DNA of 64,000 nt, taken from NCBI RefSeq assembly GCF_009914755.1, contig NC_060931.1. One strand, given 5' to 3'. Positions 27,216 through 41,565 of this stretch are shown here, in pieces. Source of the DNA: the human T2T-CHM13v2.0 reference genome, Homo sapiens. Every line of letters starts with the position of its first letter. Position 1 is the stretch's first letter. The notes below the pieces were generated by a model. That model saw nothing but the letters and a program-made list of their open reading frames with translations. It searched no databases and was not told the DNA's origin. The translations under genes and the position numbers were made by a program.

Positions 27216-27824
27216 TTTTAGATGTTATAATATATAATTTAGAAACTGTGACAGGATCCTTCCACACCTACCTCTGCATTTTGTCTACTGCCAGCTCTGT
27301 AATTCTGGCTTCCATGAAGTTGATCAGTTCAGCCTCCCAGGTATGGGCATATGAAGCAGTTGAAGCAAAAAGCCTTTGTCATTATCCTACACCGCTCTAG
27401 AACCATCCCTTAGAGGACCACAGGCAGTTCACCCACAGCCCTTGCTTAGAGACGGGCATAACCTGTAAGCATGGCTTAAAGTAAAAGTAAAAGTACCTTA
27501 ATTTATACCCATGAAGTCCATAGATATTTGTCTGTTGAAGGACAAGAATATGGACTTTCTTTTAAAGAAATGCACTTATCTCCAAAATTATGAGCTTTAG
27601 AGATAATTATTTATTTATTTTATTTGCCCCTTGTGGACATAAAATGTTTTTGATGCAATGTATTTTGGTAGAGACCTTAGATAGTAGAGAAAAGGCACAT
27701 AAACAACTTATTTTTAAAACCTCAGCATCAGAGATGTTGGAATAAATACAATTGCTGTGGAAATATGTCATTTTAGAATGAGGACATTTAGATGGTAAAT
27801 GACTTCTGATTTTACACATGCTGG

Positions 27825-29010
27825 CCAAAACTCTTCCTTTAATTTCAGACTTGCATAGCTAAAGACCCACTGACATCTCTCTTTGGATATTTCATAGGCA
27901 TCTCAAACTTGGCGTGTCCAAAAAAATAATCCTTGGCTTGTGCCAAACTTGTCCATGCAATCCATTCAATCTTCCCTATCTGGTAAATGAACCCAGAAAC
28001 TCAGTATTCTTCTTTGATCCTTTTCTTTTTCTCCTGAACTACCCTGGCCCATGTATTAATCAGTGTGTCCTCTCATTCTATCACTAGGATACCTCTCAAA
28101 AACACATCCACTTTTCTTAAAACTCTAATGTACCATTCCAGTCAAGGCTGCCATCATCTCTTATGATCTACCCACAACAACCTCCAAACTCATTACATTC
28201 TCTGCCTAGCACAAAAGTATTCCTTATTGTAAGTCCTGCCACTGCTTTTCTTAAAGCTCCAGTAGCTTCCCACTGAACCTAGAATAAGATCCACTGTCAC
28301 TACTATAGTCTATACCCTGTGCATACTATCCCCTGCCACTTCCTGCAACTTTATCTAGTACCTCTCTTCTGTTAAATTACATGCTAGCCACACTAGATCA
28401 TTTTTTTTTTTCAATTCCTTGAACATCAGTCTTGTTCATGCTGCCTGGAATCTTCTTTCCCCCACTGTTCGTATTGATAGCTCAGCTTCCGACTTAGCTT
28501 AAGGATCATCTAATCAGCTTGGCCTCCTCTGCACGTCCCATTTAGAAATGCCCTTTCTCCCACTTCAGCCCCTCCCCACTGTGATTGCAATATTATTCCA
28601 TTTTCAACTTGGTTTTTAATAATTTTATAATTTTTAGCAAATTTTAGCAATTTATTTGCTTTTGTTTGTTCATTGTTTGCCTCCCACATCAGAAAGTAAA
28701 TTCCAGAGCATTGGGTTTAATAAGTGCTTATTTTGAGGGGAGGACCAACAGCTTTTATCAGCCTTTCAAAGGGTTTCAAGAGCTAAGAAATGTTACTAAT
28801 TGATGAGTTTGATGATGACAATAAAATTGTGTTTTGTTTATTCCCACAACCACTCAGCACAACACTTCAAAAAAAAAAAAAAGAAAGAAAGTAAATTCCA
28901 GAAGAGTAGGGTCCAGGTCTATGTTTTGTTTGCTAATATATATGTAGATCATACAGCCCAGATCTTGGCACCGGGATAGATACTCCAAAATTATATGTAG
29001 AATAAATTAG
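27825..29010 (+). mobile_element. L2 LINE, interrupted at 28708-28885
   Basis: ttggatatttcataggcatctcaaactt...gtccaaaa; 3' end cttggcacc...ctccaaaa. Confidence 0.7.
28708..28885 (+). other. Short retroposed non-Alu/non-L1 insert with poly(A) and 17-bp TSD
   Basis: agaaagtaaattccaga at 28691-28707 and 28886-28902; AATAAA at 28820-28825; A-tract at 28869-28882. Confidence 0.8.
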
Positions 29011-29157
29011 TGTATACATACATTAATTAATATGATATGTATTACTATGTGTAATAATATCACAGTATTTATTAAACTTTCTTTTATTGTTAGCAATTAT
29101 TTGTTCAACAAATTTGTATTGATTGACAGAGCATGAGCCATGGAGTCTAATAGATAG

Positions 29158-29456
<299 letters not shown>

Positions 29457-30187
29457 TGATATAAGCTCTTGTACTGGTTCTATCACTTAGTTGGATAATC
29501 TTAGACAAATTAATTAACCCTTTAAAGAGCCTCAGTTTTCTGATCTGTAAAATGAGAGCTATAATAATTTCTTCCTTATATAAATTGAAAAGTCCAATGA
29601 AATAATGAAACAAAAAGCCATAGTCCACAGTCATAGCGAATATCTAAGAAAGAATGCTTGCCATTGATATTTTCATTTTATAGCGACCATGAAAAGCATT
29701 GAAGGCCCATTAGCAAACACAATTGACATTATTCCTGCCCCCATAGGGGATACAGGCATCTAAATAGACAATTTAATGCTAAGAGCTGTTGAAGAGAATG
29801 CACAAGGTTATATGTGCTACTCAAATGAATGTTCTTAGCATCAAGGTCAAATGAATTTTCTTTGCAGATATTCCATCAATTACTTAAAATCTTGCCATAT
29901 TTTGGATTTGCTACCTATTTGGATCTTGATTTTTCCATGCACTTTTTTTCATAGAGTATCTAATTATTATTTTTTCTTGTATGATGTAACTTATTATTAT
30001 ATTTTTCCAACTTTTCAGTTACAGAAGTTACACAATTAAGGCTTTTTGTCTTCTTAGACTTTCCTTTTGAAGGCCTCTGTCCTCCTTCTCCATCTCTGCT
30101 TTTATTGGCTCTCCAGGTCTGAGCTGTCATCCTGGGACCTTCTTTCCCTATGCTCCTTAGCAGGTCCTTATTGTGTATCAAAATTTT

Positions 30188-30211
30188 TTTCTTTCTTTCT
30201 TTCTTTCTTTC

Positions 30212-30273
<62 letters not shown>

Positions 30274-30300
30274 CTTTCTCTCTTTCTTTCTTTCTTTCTT
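30188..30300 (+). repeat. (TTTC)n compound microsatellite, ~110 bp
   Basis: Direct reading. Confidence 0.97.
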
Positions 30301-30460
30301 GTCCATTGGCTTCTATATTTTACTGCAGTCATACTCAAGAAACTTATTTCAGTACACTTACTTAGTCTTTGAGAGTTTGCAAATAACTTCATATTTGATT
30401 AATCATTTAACTGGCCATACCATTCTAGGTTTAACAGTATGTCCCTTGAGAAAGTTGAAA

Positions 30461-30745
30461 GGTGGACATGGATGCTCCTGTATTCTTAGCTACTTGGGAG
30501 GCTGAGGTAGGACGATGAGGCCAGGAGTTTGAGACCAGCCTGGGCAACATAGCCAGTCCCCATCTCTAGATTTTTTTTTAAATTAGCCTGCTGTGGTGGT
30601 ACACTCCTGAAGTCCTACCTACTTTTGAAGCTAAAGTGACAAGATCCCGTGAGCCCAGGAGCTCGAGGCCGCAGTGAGCTATGATAGTGCCTTTGCACTC
30701 CAGCCTGGCAGACAGCACGAAACCCTGTGTCTTAAAAAAAACAAA
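30461..30745 (+). mobile_element. AluJ (diverged) within old L1-like sequence
   Basis: ccagcctgggcaacatag, gagcccaggag; TSD aaagttgaaa. Confidence 0.88.
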
Positions 30746-31065
30746 AAGTTGAAAACAAGCTCTACTTGTAGTTTTTAGTAGACACTAGTGAGGAGTTTGG
30801 TGCAGTCTAATTTTATTCTTTAAAAAAAAAAAAAAGACTAGTTTCCACCCTCCTGTCCTAGTGCTTAGGTCTTGAATTGTTCACCCCTCCTCCATTTCCA
30901 GGAAGTTTCTCAGATATTTTTAATGCTGATATTCTGAAATTTTATGTGATGTCAAGATGTAAATCTTTTTTCCATCTATACTGTTGGATTCTCAGTTGAC
31001 TCTTTTAATCTGAAAAAATGCTCTCTTCTCTATTCCTCATATTCTTTGTTGAAAAATTTCTCCTC

Positions 31066-31098
<33 letters not shown>

Positions 31099-33467
31099 TT
31101 TATCCTCTTCTACTCTTTTTGCCTCTTTTTTCCTGGGGTTCTTGTCTGCTTTATGAGAACTCTTAGCTTCTTTCTCACATTTTTTAGACAAGCTATATTT
31201 TTGTCCCTAAATCCTTGGGAGCATCTTTTACTTTATTTTCTAAATTCCTAATTTTAACAATAATACTGGAAAATGTAAGTGCTAAATCTTGTTTAAATTG
31301 CATTTTTTTTTTGCATAGCATTCTGTTCTTGTTCTGTTTTGAGTTATCTTCATTGTTTCCACTTTTAACATCTTTTATTTGGTTCTCATATTTCTAGTCA
31401 TCCCTGGTTGATCAATCTTTTATAGAAAAAAGATCTGGATGCCTGGCATTGATTTTTCTTTGTTGTTGAGGATGTTTTCCACTTTTACTGGATCTACTCT
31501 GAATGAGAATGCTTGGAAGTGTGGGTCAAGGTAGTTTCACTGACAGTCTTTACGACATGGATTCAGAGCCATAGACAGGCTATGGGCCCCTCAAATGTTG
31601 GAGTATCGAGGGCTTTGCACTGGGGCACAAAAATCCATATTAAAAATTTTTAACTTTCCCTTTATAGCTTTCTTGAGCTTCTTTTTAAAGAAATGGTTGA
31701 TGCTAGCTAAATGCTAGCTGCTTGTACTCTACTTTTACAAAGCTTGTTTAAATGTTATTGCAGATCCAAACTGGACCCTTGTTCTATATTCAGACATTCA
31801 ATCCTTCTTCTTAGTCCTATTTCTAGTCCCTGTTCTGTGTCTCTCATAATCACTGACTTTAAGATCAAAGGCTCTTGGGAGGCAAAACAGACCAACTGGC
31901 ATCCGCTTGCTCTTATTCTCCTTCTACAATATTTTAGGCTTCAGCTTTCTCTATCTCTTTTATCCATCAACATGATCTCATCCATGTGGGCTGTAAATTT
32001 GTTGGAAATATCCCATTCATTAGTGATGATCCCTTCCATTCTTTTCATTCATATGAAGTTTTTTTGTTTAATTTTTATACTTTTATTTCAGTGGGGTTTC
32101 AGGAGAGTGTGAAGGCAATATATATACTCAAAGCCAAAAGTTAAATTATAACTTGAAATTACTGTACAATTTCCCTATAATTTATTTAACCAGTGCCCAA
32201 CTTTTGGATAAATCTTTCTAATATTTTTCAGCATGATAACTATTTGACCTTTTTATCTGGAAGAGAGAGGTTGAAGATAGGTGTGCAGGACAGTACATGA
32301 AATAATGAGAAGCTGAACACCTAGTCCTAACAGAGGTAACCCTTGGAAGCAATGAGCAGACAGAAAATTTAAGTTAAACCAAAGTTGGGATCCCATGCAA
32401 AGAATTTTTATGGGCTGTAGGTTAGAATGCCATGTAGGAAGTCAAGAGCTCTTAACAGTATTGAGCAGACTTAAAAATCTATATGGATCTTTGCCTATGA
32501 AAATTGTGAACATTCCTAATTATGTCCATAGGAAAAAATTTTTAAAGTGGGATTTCTCCATCCAAGTATGCGAACACTTAAAAGTCTTGATATTTAGTTG
32601 ACAAATTTTTCCTCCAGAAGGATTGCACCAATTTACACTCCTATCAGCCACCAACCTCTTAAAATCAAACAAAATTCCCACATTATTTGCTAATTTTATA
32701 AGCGAAATTTTATCTTGTTATTTTTACATACATTTCTTAGATTATTACTAATATTGATTGATATCTATATAATATTACTCAGTGCCCAAACCACCCTTCA
32801 ATAGGTATTGCTGACTTCGTTTTAGAAATGTGTAGACTGAGGCTCTGAGACCTTAAGAGTTCTGAAGTTCACACAGCTTGTACGTATTTAAAAACAGATG
32901 GGAACATAGATGTTAGTTTGCCAAAAAATTTAAGAACATGTGACTTACCTTGCTCATAATTTTTTAGATGAAAGATCAGATTAGTCATTTTCTTTGGACC
33001 TTCGATATAAATAATTCTGTCATTTTCTACTTTTTGAAACAAATGTGTTTTTTGAGCCCTTTGTTTTCTTCATGCAAACCTTATTCAGAGAGGGATGTCC
33101 CTGCTATTATTATTATTGCACAGGGTTGCAAGAACAGATTTCAAATGGCTCATGGGAATTTAGCTTTCTCTGAGATCTTGACATCACTTTATTTGTCCCG
33201 TTGCAGTCTATGTCTTCATCCTAGCAAGTGTGAAAAAGTTGCCAGGTAATACCATTTTACCAACCTAAATTCTTGAAGATATTTTATGCAAAAGGTTAAA
33301 TACTCTTCATTCTAAACTGGTAGCATAGTCTTCAGTGTAGATCTGGAAGCTACCAGAAAAGTATGGCATACAGTGGGAGGAACACAAGTTGAACTGCCCT
33401 TTAGTTTGGCTGGACCTGAAGAATTCCCTCATTCGATCACTGTGTGGAGGTTAAAAGTCCAGGCGCT

Positions 33468-33706
33468 TAGTACTGATATGCACAATATGGATGAATCTCA
33501 AAAATATTATGTTAAGTGAAAGAAGCCAGACACAAAAAGTCACAAATTATATATGATGCTATTTATAAGGAGTAGCCAGAATAGATAAATCCATAGGGAC
33601 AAAAAGTAGATTAATGGTTGCCTGGATTTGGGAGGAATGAGGAGAAGCTGCTTGATCACTTTAAAATGGTTAATTTTATGTTATGTTAAGTTTTATCTCA
33701 ATAAAT
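33468..33706 (+). mobile_element. L1MB-like 3' end
   Basis: atggatgaatctcaaaaatattatgttaagtgaaagaagccagacacaaaa...tatctcaataaa. Confidence 0.8.
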
Positions 33707-33739
33707 TATTATTATTTTTTAATCCAAGTTGTTGAACCC

Positions 33740-33970
33740 AACAGACGTGAAATTGGAATCTAACTCTATCATTTTCTAGCTGTGTGAATTTGGGCAAGTT
33801 ATTTTAATTTCCTAACCTTAATCCTAACTTTAACATTTAAACCTCCATTTCCTTCAATGTCCTAATCTGGAAATAAAGATGACTGACAGTCTACCCAAAC
33901 GACAGGACCGTTGTGAGAACTGTATGCAATGTTGTATTAATACATAAAGCCTTTGGTGCAGTGGTTGACG
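33740..33970 (+). mobile_element. MIR SINE
   Basis: tagctgtgtgaatttgggcaagtt...gttgtgaga. Confidence 0.6.
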
Positions 33971-33985
33971 CATCACAAGTTCTTA

Positions 33986-34276
<291 letters not shown>

Positions 34277-36073
34277 TCAGGTAATTCAAGTGGAGTAAAG
34301 TCACATGACATTGACTTCAGGAGGCATATATTGCTTCAAGCAGTTCTTCTTTTGATAGACGGGTTTTAGATTAAAACTGTTTTTAATTAATATCAAAATG
34401 GAACAGAGTTGGAGAGAGCAATGAGTAAGGGTCAGATGCCTAAACCATCACATTATTGTCATTCTTGGGAGAGCTGTGGACCCTGCCTCCCAGTGTCTGC
34501 TATAGTTGATTTCTCTCTTACTGAAAAGGGACAAACCCTTGAAAAGGTAGTCATGCACTGGGGCATTTAAAAGAAAATGTGAGAAGAAAACGATGAATGT
34601 CACTAAGCTTCAGAGAAGGAAAAACTGTAGGCATCAGTTGAAAGTTGTCCCTCTGTAGTGGATTAGATGTGTTACACAAAGGTGCAGCTTGACGGTGTTA
34701 GGAGACCCAAGTCCTCCATCTCTGTCAACAGTGGCAAGTGCAAAAGTACTTTTATTAATGGAATTCTCCAAAGAGCTCAAAGCTCGTTTGCTGCTTTACT
34801 GATGGGCATTCTTTTACCCACTCATGCTTTGGTTTTATTTGTTCTTCCTATGGGCTCCTCAAATCAAGAGAAAGCCAGAAAAAAAAATTGAGATAGGAAT
34901 ATCCTGTTTTATCAAGTCTTCTTGTGACTACTATATCATTTGTTCTCCTGAAGCCTAATCAAATGAGACATAAAGGACAGCCAACATAAATACCACTTAC
35001 TGAATGTGATAACAAAGGTAAAATTAGTTGAAACAACATGTTCCCCAGTGTCCAGCCTCTCCGTGGAAGAGTGAGAAGTCAGAAGTGGCTGCTGATGTTA
35101 TGGAAAGTTCATGGCCTTTAATGGGAGACAGTTCCAGCGGACACAGATTTTCATCCAGGCCCTATGATTAGCTATGTGGCCTTGAGCAAAACTTTAGGTT
35201 TTAGGGGTTTTCATGTCCTCATGGGAAGAATGGGGATAGTAAAATCTATTTCCAACAGTTCTTAAAAGCATTGCTCAACTCTGTTTAGAGGAACTTTGTG
35301 CCCGGCACCCCTTTTCCCCTTACACTATAAGCTTCAAGAGAGATGTTGTGGCAGCTTTTGTAATCATAGTAACCAACAAGTTTTGTGCATTAGCATGGGT
35401 TAGGGAATGCTTACTTAGTGCTTTCTGTCTATGATCTCAATTAAATCCTTACCTGAAGTCTGTATAGTAAACATTATCACATCCAGATTATGGTGTGAAG
35501 TTCAGCAATTCATCCAAGATGGCTCTGCTAGAGAGCATAAGAGCGGAGAGCAAAGCCTAAGTCTCTCTGACAGTGAAGCCTGCACACATAACTTCTTCTA
35601 CCACCAAAAGCCTTGAACCAGGGTCTAGCTGAGGTTTCGGTGATCTGCAGTCAGTTGAACTAAACCTTGGAACTACACAGTAGACATTGAGTAGTCAGCT
35701 GCTGGGTTGCTTTCACCTGGGATCAAATTTCCAGCTTCAGAGAGACACTACGTTTCTGTGGTCACTGTTCTTTCCTACCTAGAGTTCACTCAGTTGAGTG
35801 CCCTACCTCTGAGTCTTCATGACGGGAACACCAGCTTCCAAATAGGCCCGGCACAAATTAGCTTCATCCATGCAGCCCCACTGCATGGTGATGAGCGAGT
35901 CAGATGAGCACTGCACATTTGGATGAACCTGAGTCAAGAAAAGCCACATGTGAAAACACGTTTATTTCCAAAACGTTGATGCATCTGGAAGGGTGTAACT
36001 GGCACTCATTGATATTTTTGGCATTCATGGAAAACACCCCAGGCTGCTTAGGTAATTAATTTCGTAGGGTTAG

Positions 36074-36111
36074 TCATTAACAGGCTTCCTGCTTTCCTTC
36101 TCCTTTGGCAG
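36074..36111 (+). promoter_or_regulatory. Branch point, polypyrimidine tract and 3' splice acceptor of the last intron
   Basis: tcattaac branch-like motif ~31 nt upstream, followed by a pyrimidine tract and CAG. Confidence 0.8.
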
Positions 36112-36275
36112 GCCCAGCTGTGAGATACAGTAAGTTCAAGATGTCAGAGGCCAGGCCGCCCCCGCTGCTCGGGCAGCACACAACGCACATCCTGAAGGAG
36201 GTCCTGAGATACGATGACAGGGCCATCGGGGAGCTGCTCAGCGCTGGAGTGGTGGACCAACATGAAACTCACTGA
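36112..36275 (+). CDS. SUGCT: Terminal coding exon of succinyl-CoA:glutarate CoA-transferase (family III CoA-transferase, C-terminal ~54 aa)
   Basis: Polypyrimidine tract plus CAG acceptor (gcttcctgctttccttctcctttggcag, AG at 36110-36111). Phase-1 frame reads GC-CCA-GCT-GTG... = (G)[56 protein letters not shown] at 36273-36275. [13 protein letters not shown] matches the CaiB/BaiF C-terminal motif (P.LG.HT..IL). Locally GC/CpG-rich against an AT-rich background. Peptide recognised as the SUGCT C-terminus. Confidence 0.96.
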
Positions 36276-36560
36276 CAAAGGAAAAGGGCTCTTCCTCATA
36301 ACCTCGATCCGAATACACTGGCAAAGGCAACACTTTGCTTGGACCCTTCTCCCCAGTTCTGATACCACTAAAAAGAAGATTTAGAGTAACTCCAGATTTC
36401 TTACATGGCATCTCCAGAATGGCTCTGGTATTAATGAATCTAGTGCCTTTTAAATGTATCCCACGTTTTGTTCCCTACCATCTTTTTTTTCAGATGATGA
36501 TTTCATTATGGATTTGTGGGATTTTTAAAAATAAAGTTTTAATTTTTTTCCTGGAAAAAT
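36276..36560 (+). other. SUGCT: SUGCT 3' UTR (end approximate)
   Basis: Lies between the stop codon and the AATAAA at 36530; cleavage is expected ~15-30 nt downstream of the signal. Confidence 0.8.
36530..36535 (+). terminator. Polyadenylation signal AATAAA
   Basis: First canonical AATAAA after the stop codon, in U-rich context. Confidence 0.85.
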
Positions 36561-38751
36561 GCACTCCTTATTCTACTTACATTAATGTCCTAAACGTTTG
36601 CCCCTTACCCCCCATGCCCTCACCAGACCCCCCGCCCCGTCCATACAGGCCTGAAAAAGAGCAGCTCTCTTGATACTTTCTACTTGTACATAAAATCTGC
36701 ATTTAAATTTGTGTTAGGGAGTCAAAGCAATAAGCAGAATGACAGTCTCTGTGATTGATTTTATACAGAATAACTTAATTCTGAGCTCTTGAACCCTTTG
36801 TTAGTCTCTAATTTAAACCATAGACTTTGCGGATGTCCATTATAAAACTGAGCTCCATTCTCCCCTGTGGGGGTAAATATTTGCTTTATGTTGTATTTCT
36901 CTGGTGATTTTATGCTATGTGGCAGAAAGTCAATATTCCCAGTGCATTTAGAGATGTAGGTATCTGTCTGCACAGGTAGGTGAGAAGTGGTTTTACACTT
37001 GGTACCTTATTTTGAGCCAAGTGAAAATGCAACAGGGTTTTTAAATGAATTAAACAGGTTCTTAAATGACTATCCAGGTGTTAAATAATTTATACATCAT
37101 GACAGATAAAAGAATGACAGGAAGACATTGCTTTGTAATCTGAGCATCCACTGTTGAAGACTAGATCATGCCTTAGCATTGAGTATTTCAATGGATATAA
37201 AGTATAAAAAACACCTGTGTCCAGTAGGTGAGAAATGATTAGGACGTATGTTCCAGGATAAATTGTTGCTCAAGACTGCTAAGCCCAGGTATAGTCTGGG
37301 GAATCAGATGACCTCAACTCCTGGCTGTTAGGCACATCTATTTTAATGTCATTACACACCAAATGGTAATTGAAAGCTGAATTACAGATGTTCATCTTTC
37401 AAACTGTGATTTAAAACTCATTTTCTTTTCATATTCTTCTTTATTAGAATGATTTGAGTCATTAATCTATGCTGTAAGGCCTAAGATGTTTCTAGAATGA
37501 AGAATTCCAAACAAATAGGAACTTGTCTTCTCACAAGGTCTTGTGACACTTTTCCAAAGAATGTTTACTAATTTTTGAAACAGTTATTGTCTTCTCTGCT
37601 TTGCTTTTTGTGGACATCTTATTCTGAAGAACTCTTGCTGTTATTCTACTAGTTAGAATCACATCATACAAGGGTAATTGGATGCCTTCTGCAGTACTTT
37701 TCCCCCATTGGCTAATTCACAATGCATACTCAGAGACATTTACTTTAGGCCAGGTAGTGAAATATTTCTTTATGCTTGTACATTTAATATGAAAAATGGT
37801 AAAAGATTAGATGGCAGAGAATTGGCAAAACCACATATCTTGAAAGATAGGCCCGACCATTTCTTCCGCTGATCTGGGTAGATATCTTGAAATGCAAATT
37901 TACTCACTTACTGGGCAGACCCTAAATATCTGGCTAAACATACGTAGGATGATATTGATCATGCAAAGAGGACAGAAAATTCCTCTAAAATTTTCAAAAT
38001 TCCCCTAAAATTTTCAAATCCATGTACAGCTCAGTCTTCAGACATGACACAGTCAATATTAAAACAAAAAGACTGTCTCTAGTGAAATCATATATGTAAG
38101 TGTCTAGGACTCCACCTACGCAAGTCAAAATGATCCAGGATTTTGAACCTACTGGTCACCCAACAGAAAGCATTTACTGTGCTCTGCTGATTTAGTGGAA
38201 GAAATAATTTGGAATATATTTCAAGTTCAGATGAATAATTAGTCCTGAAAGAAACATCATGCTTGCTAAAATTTCTAACAATATGCCCCAGATCAAGTTA
38301 TGCTTATAAACAAATGTGCTGTTTTAATTATCGGGGCCTATTATCTTACACATTCCTGAAACAGAGCACACTACTAATATACCATATGCTCAAGTTCAGT
38401 TTGTGTCAAGGCCTGCCTTCTGGCAGGTTTGTGTCTAAGGTTGGCTTAGAAAATTTTCTGAAACTCAGTGGGGTAATCGTTACAGAATTGGAAGTGTGTC
38501 CGTAAGCAAATGGGCTTCTTTTTCTTGTTTTTTTTTTTTTTTTATTCTGAAACTTTTTACTGCCATGATTTTCTGACTAATCAAGCATGATATTTTCCAG
38601 AAAGCAGTCTGATATGCTGAATGCTTCTCTAGCAGAAGAGAAATGAATATTGATCAACTTTGTGTGACTACCCAATTACTTGGTGTGAGCGTGTGTTTGA
38701 TCCATCTCCTAGGGGTTAGAAGTATAATCATGATTTAAGGAAACAAAGAGG

Positions 38752-39030
38752 GGGTCAGGCACGGTGGCTCATGCCTGTAATCCCAGCACTTTGGGAGGCT
38801 GAGGCACCTGGATCGCTTGAAGTCAGCAATTTGAGACCAGCCTGGCCAACATGGTGAAACCCCGTCTCTACTAAAAATACAAAAATTAGCCAGGCGTGGT
38901 GGGTGCCTGCCTTCCCAGCTACTTGGGCGGCTGAGGCAGGAGAATCACTTGAACCTCCTGCAAAGGTTGCAGTGAGCTGAGATAGCACCACTGCACTCTA
39001 GCCTGGGTGACAGAGCGAGACTCCATCTCA
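38752..39030 (+). mobile_element. AluS with almost no A tail
   Basis: Dimer; TSD aaacaaagagg at 38741-38751 and 39031-39041. Confidence 0.92.
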
Positions 39031-39944
39031 AAACAAAGAGGATTTTATACAGGCTAGTTCATACCAGGACATTAGGCTGGATAGCACCACAAGGCAGGGC
39101 TTTGGCATGAAGACTTCACAACTCCTGCCCTTGGGAAGCTTGTACCTTCTCATATCTCACCTGAGTTTGCTATTTCACCACTGACTCTTTTGTGCCATGG
39201 GTTTGTCATGTTGTATTTTAAAGGCTTTATAGATATGAAACTTTCAGGTCCCACGTGGCTCAATGTTTCATTCATACGTAGGATTCATACTCCAGATAAT
39301 GGACCTAAAGAGTCTGAGAGTGAAGGCCAGGTCCAGGCTAGACAGACTATGCAGATCTTCAGCCCCTTCTCATAACTGCTCACCATTGACTCTCAATTGG
39401 CAAAGGAGATGAGTGGGAAAAATGCACACCGTTGCCCTCCATACCCTAACCCTGGGCTATTCATTTTCAAACCCATTGCCCAAGATTATGATAGTCTCCT
39501 TGCATTTGCTTCTGTTCATAGGAGACTCCCTGATGTAGTGAGCCCTTCTAATTGATGGAATTCTTGAGGTACAACGGGCCTGAAAAAAAACAGTTGCTTA
39601 TCTTGATTACAGTATGAGTGATCTTTAGGAGGTAGGATGTCAATCTCACTCCTCTTCCTGCTTGATCTAGTGGTACTAGTACTGGTGCATGTGTTTGATA
39701 AGGAAGATGAAGAGATGCAGAAAAAAGATGCATATTTCCATTTCAAACAGCAGTTAGGGAAAATTAAAAACCCATCACAGAGGCTCTTATATTGCAGTCT
39801 AAAAGTTTTCTCAGGCATGAAGTACAATTGCGTTTCTTACTATCCCAGTATAGCAAAACTAGGGTTAAATGTTTCATGAATTACTGCTTTCATGAGATGC
39901 TTAGTTTCTCCATACAGACACACCATGCCATTTTCTGAGCATGA

Positions 39945-40305
<361 letters not shown>

Positions 40306-41565
40306 TAGGGGAGCAGAAGCAACTCCACTAGACATCTTTACCCCAACATCCACTCAAAAATATGTCTTCTGGTGTCACTTTAGGAGGTTAAAGTATTATA
40401 GGCAAATGAATGCAAATACTTGCACTACTACATTTATTCCACACACTAGGGAAAACAAGTACAAAAAAGGAGAGATTTGGAGGAATGGGAACTGGAATAG
40501 GCAAATTTGATTAGGGGGAAAGGGAAAGAGAGAGCACACCCAGGAGCTGCAGATCCAAGGACACATTTCCTTGGAAGACTCTGGAAGCCACAGGCAGAAT
40601 GAACCCAGCCTGACGTGTTGGTGCCGAGAGGGAGGGGCAGGCACTAGAAAGAGCTCAAACACTAGCCAGATATCAGAATTTACTCACCTCGATTTTTCAT
40701 GTGAAGCAGCTCCTTTTTCTCATTTATTAAGACCTTAGGGTTAAAAGTGCAGGACAGGAAACTCTCTCCTTTGCAACATGAACAATTGCTGCCTCCCCGC
40801 TCTTCCATTTTCACCTCTTTCTCTCTTTGTCCTGATTACTCCCGTTCTTACCTGTCTTTTTTCTCAGCCTTTGAACCTCTTCCCCTCTCTCTCCTTCTCT
40901 GGGGTAAAAATCTTTTTCCTCCTGTCCTTTTATCTTCCAACCCCCCCTCCTCCTCTCTTTTCTCCTTTCTTCATCTCCTCATCCTTTCTCTCTCTCTCCA
41001 CACACAGACACGCACACAGAGTTATAGATCCATGTTATACAACTGTGGATACCAAAACCTGTGTCCGACCTTCAGAAAAATAGGACTTTCTCAGTCTTTA
41101 GGAAGATAACTAGTGGTAATTCTCACTATGACTTCACCCCCACAAGCAGTCTTGAATTAATCTCTGGGTGGGGTGGCTCTTTAATAACTAGCTGCCACTT
41201 CTTGTCCCTTGAAACACAGGGAAAGAAATGAAAGGGTACTCCAAATGCTACTCTGGGCTGTGGCAGAGTTCTCAGGCTCTCTGGCTGTATGTCACATGCA
41301 CCCAGTTCTAAGGGGGAAAACCTAAAGTAAATAAAATAGAATGCAGAGCAGAGTCTAGACTCTTCGTTCCAGGCCCAGACACTTTGTTCTGGCCCCAGAC
41401 GCTGGAGCCGAACAGCTTGGGTCTTGCTGTTGTGGTTACAGAGGAAGTTCCATTAGGGCAGGAGCAGGGAGAGCATGACAGTGTGATCGGGGACTGTTCT
41501 GCTCCAGCGTCAGGCTGGGTCTTGGACTTTGCTTCTTACTCTTTCTTAGCAAAGGAAAATTTACT

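Noticed and set aside
30067-30505. F/L/S-rich and K/E/R-rich ORFs
   Set aside because: Artefacts of the (TTTC)n microsatellite.
36144-36368. 74-aa minus-strand ORF, and the 112-aa ORF at 36335-36673
   Set aside because: Antisense shadow of the GC-rich SUGCT exon and a chance ORF crossing the 3' UTR/poly(A) site; no independent support.
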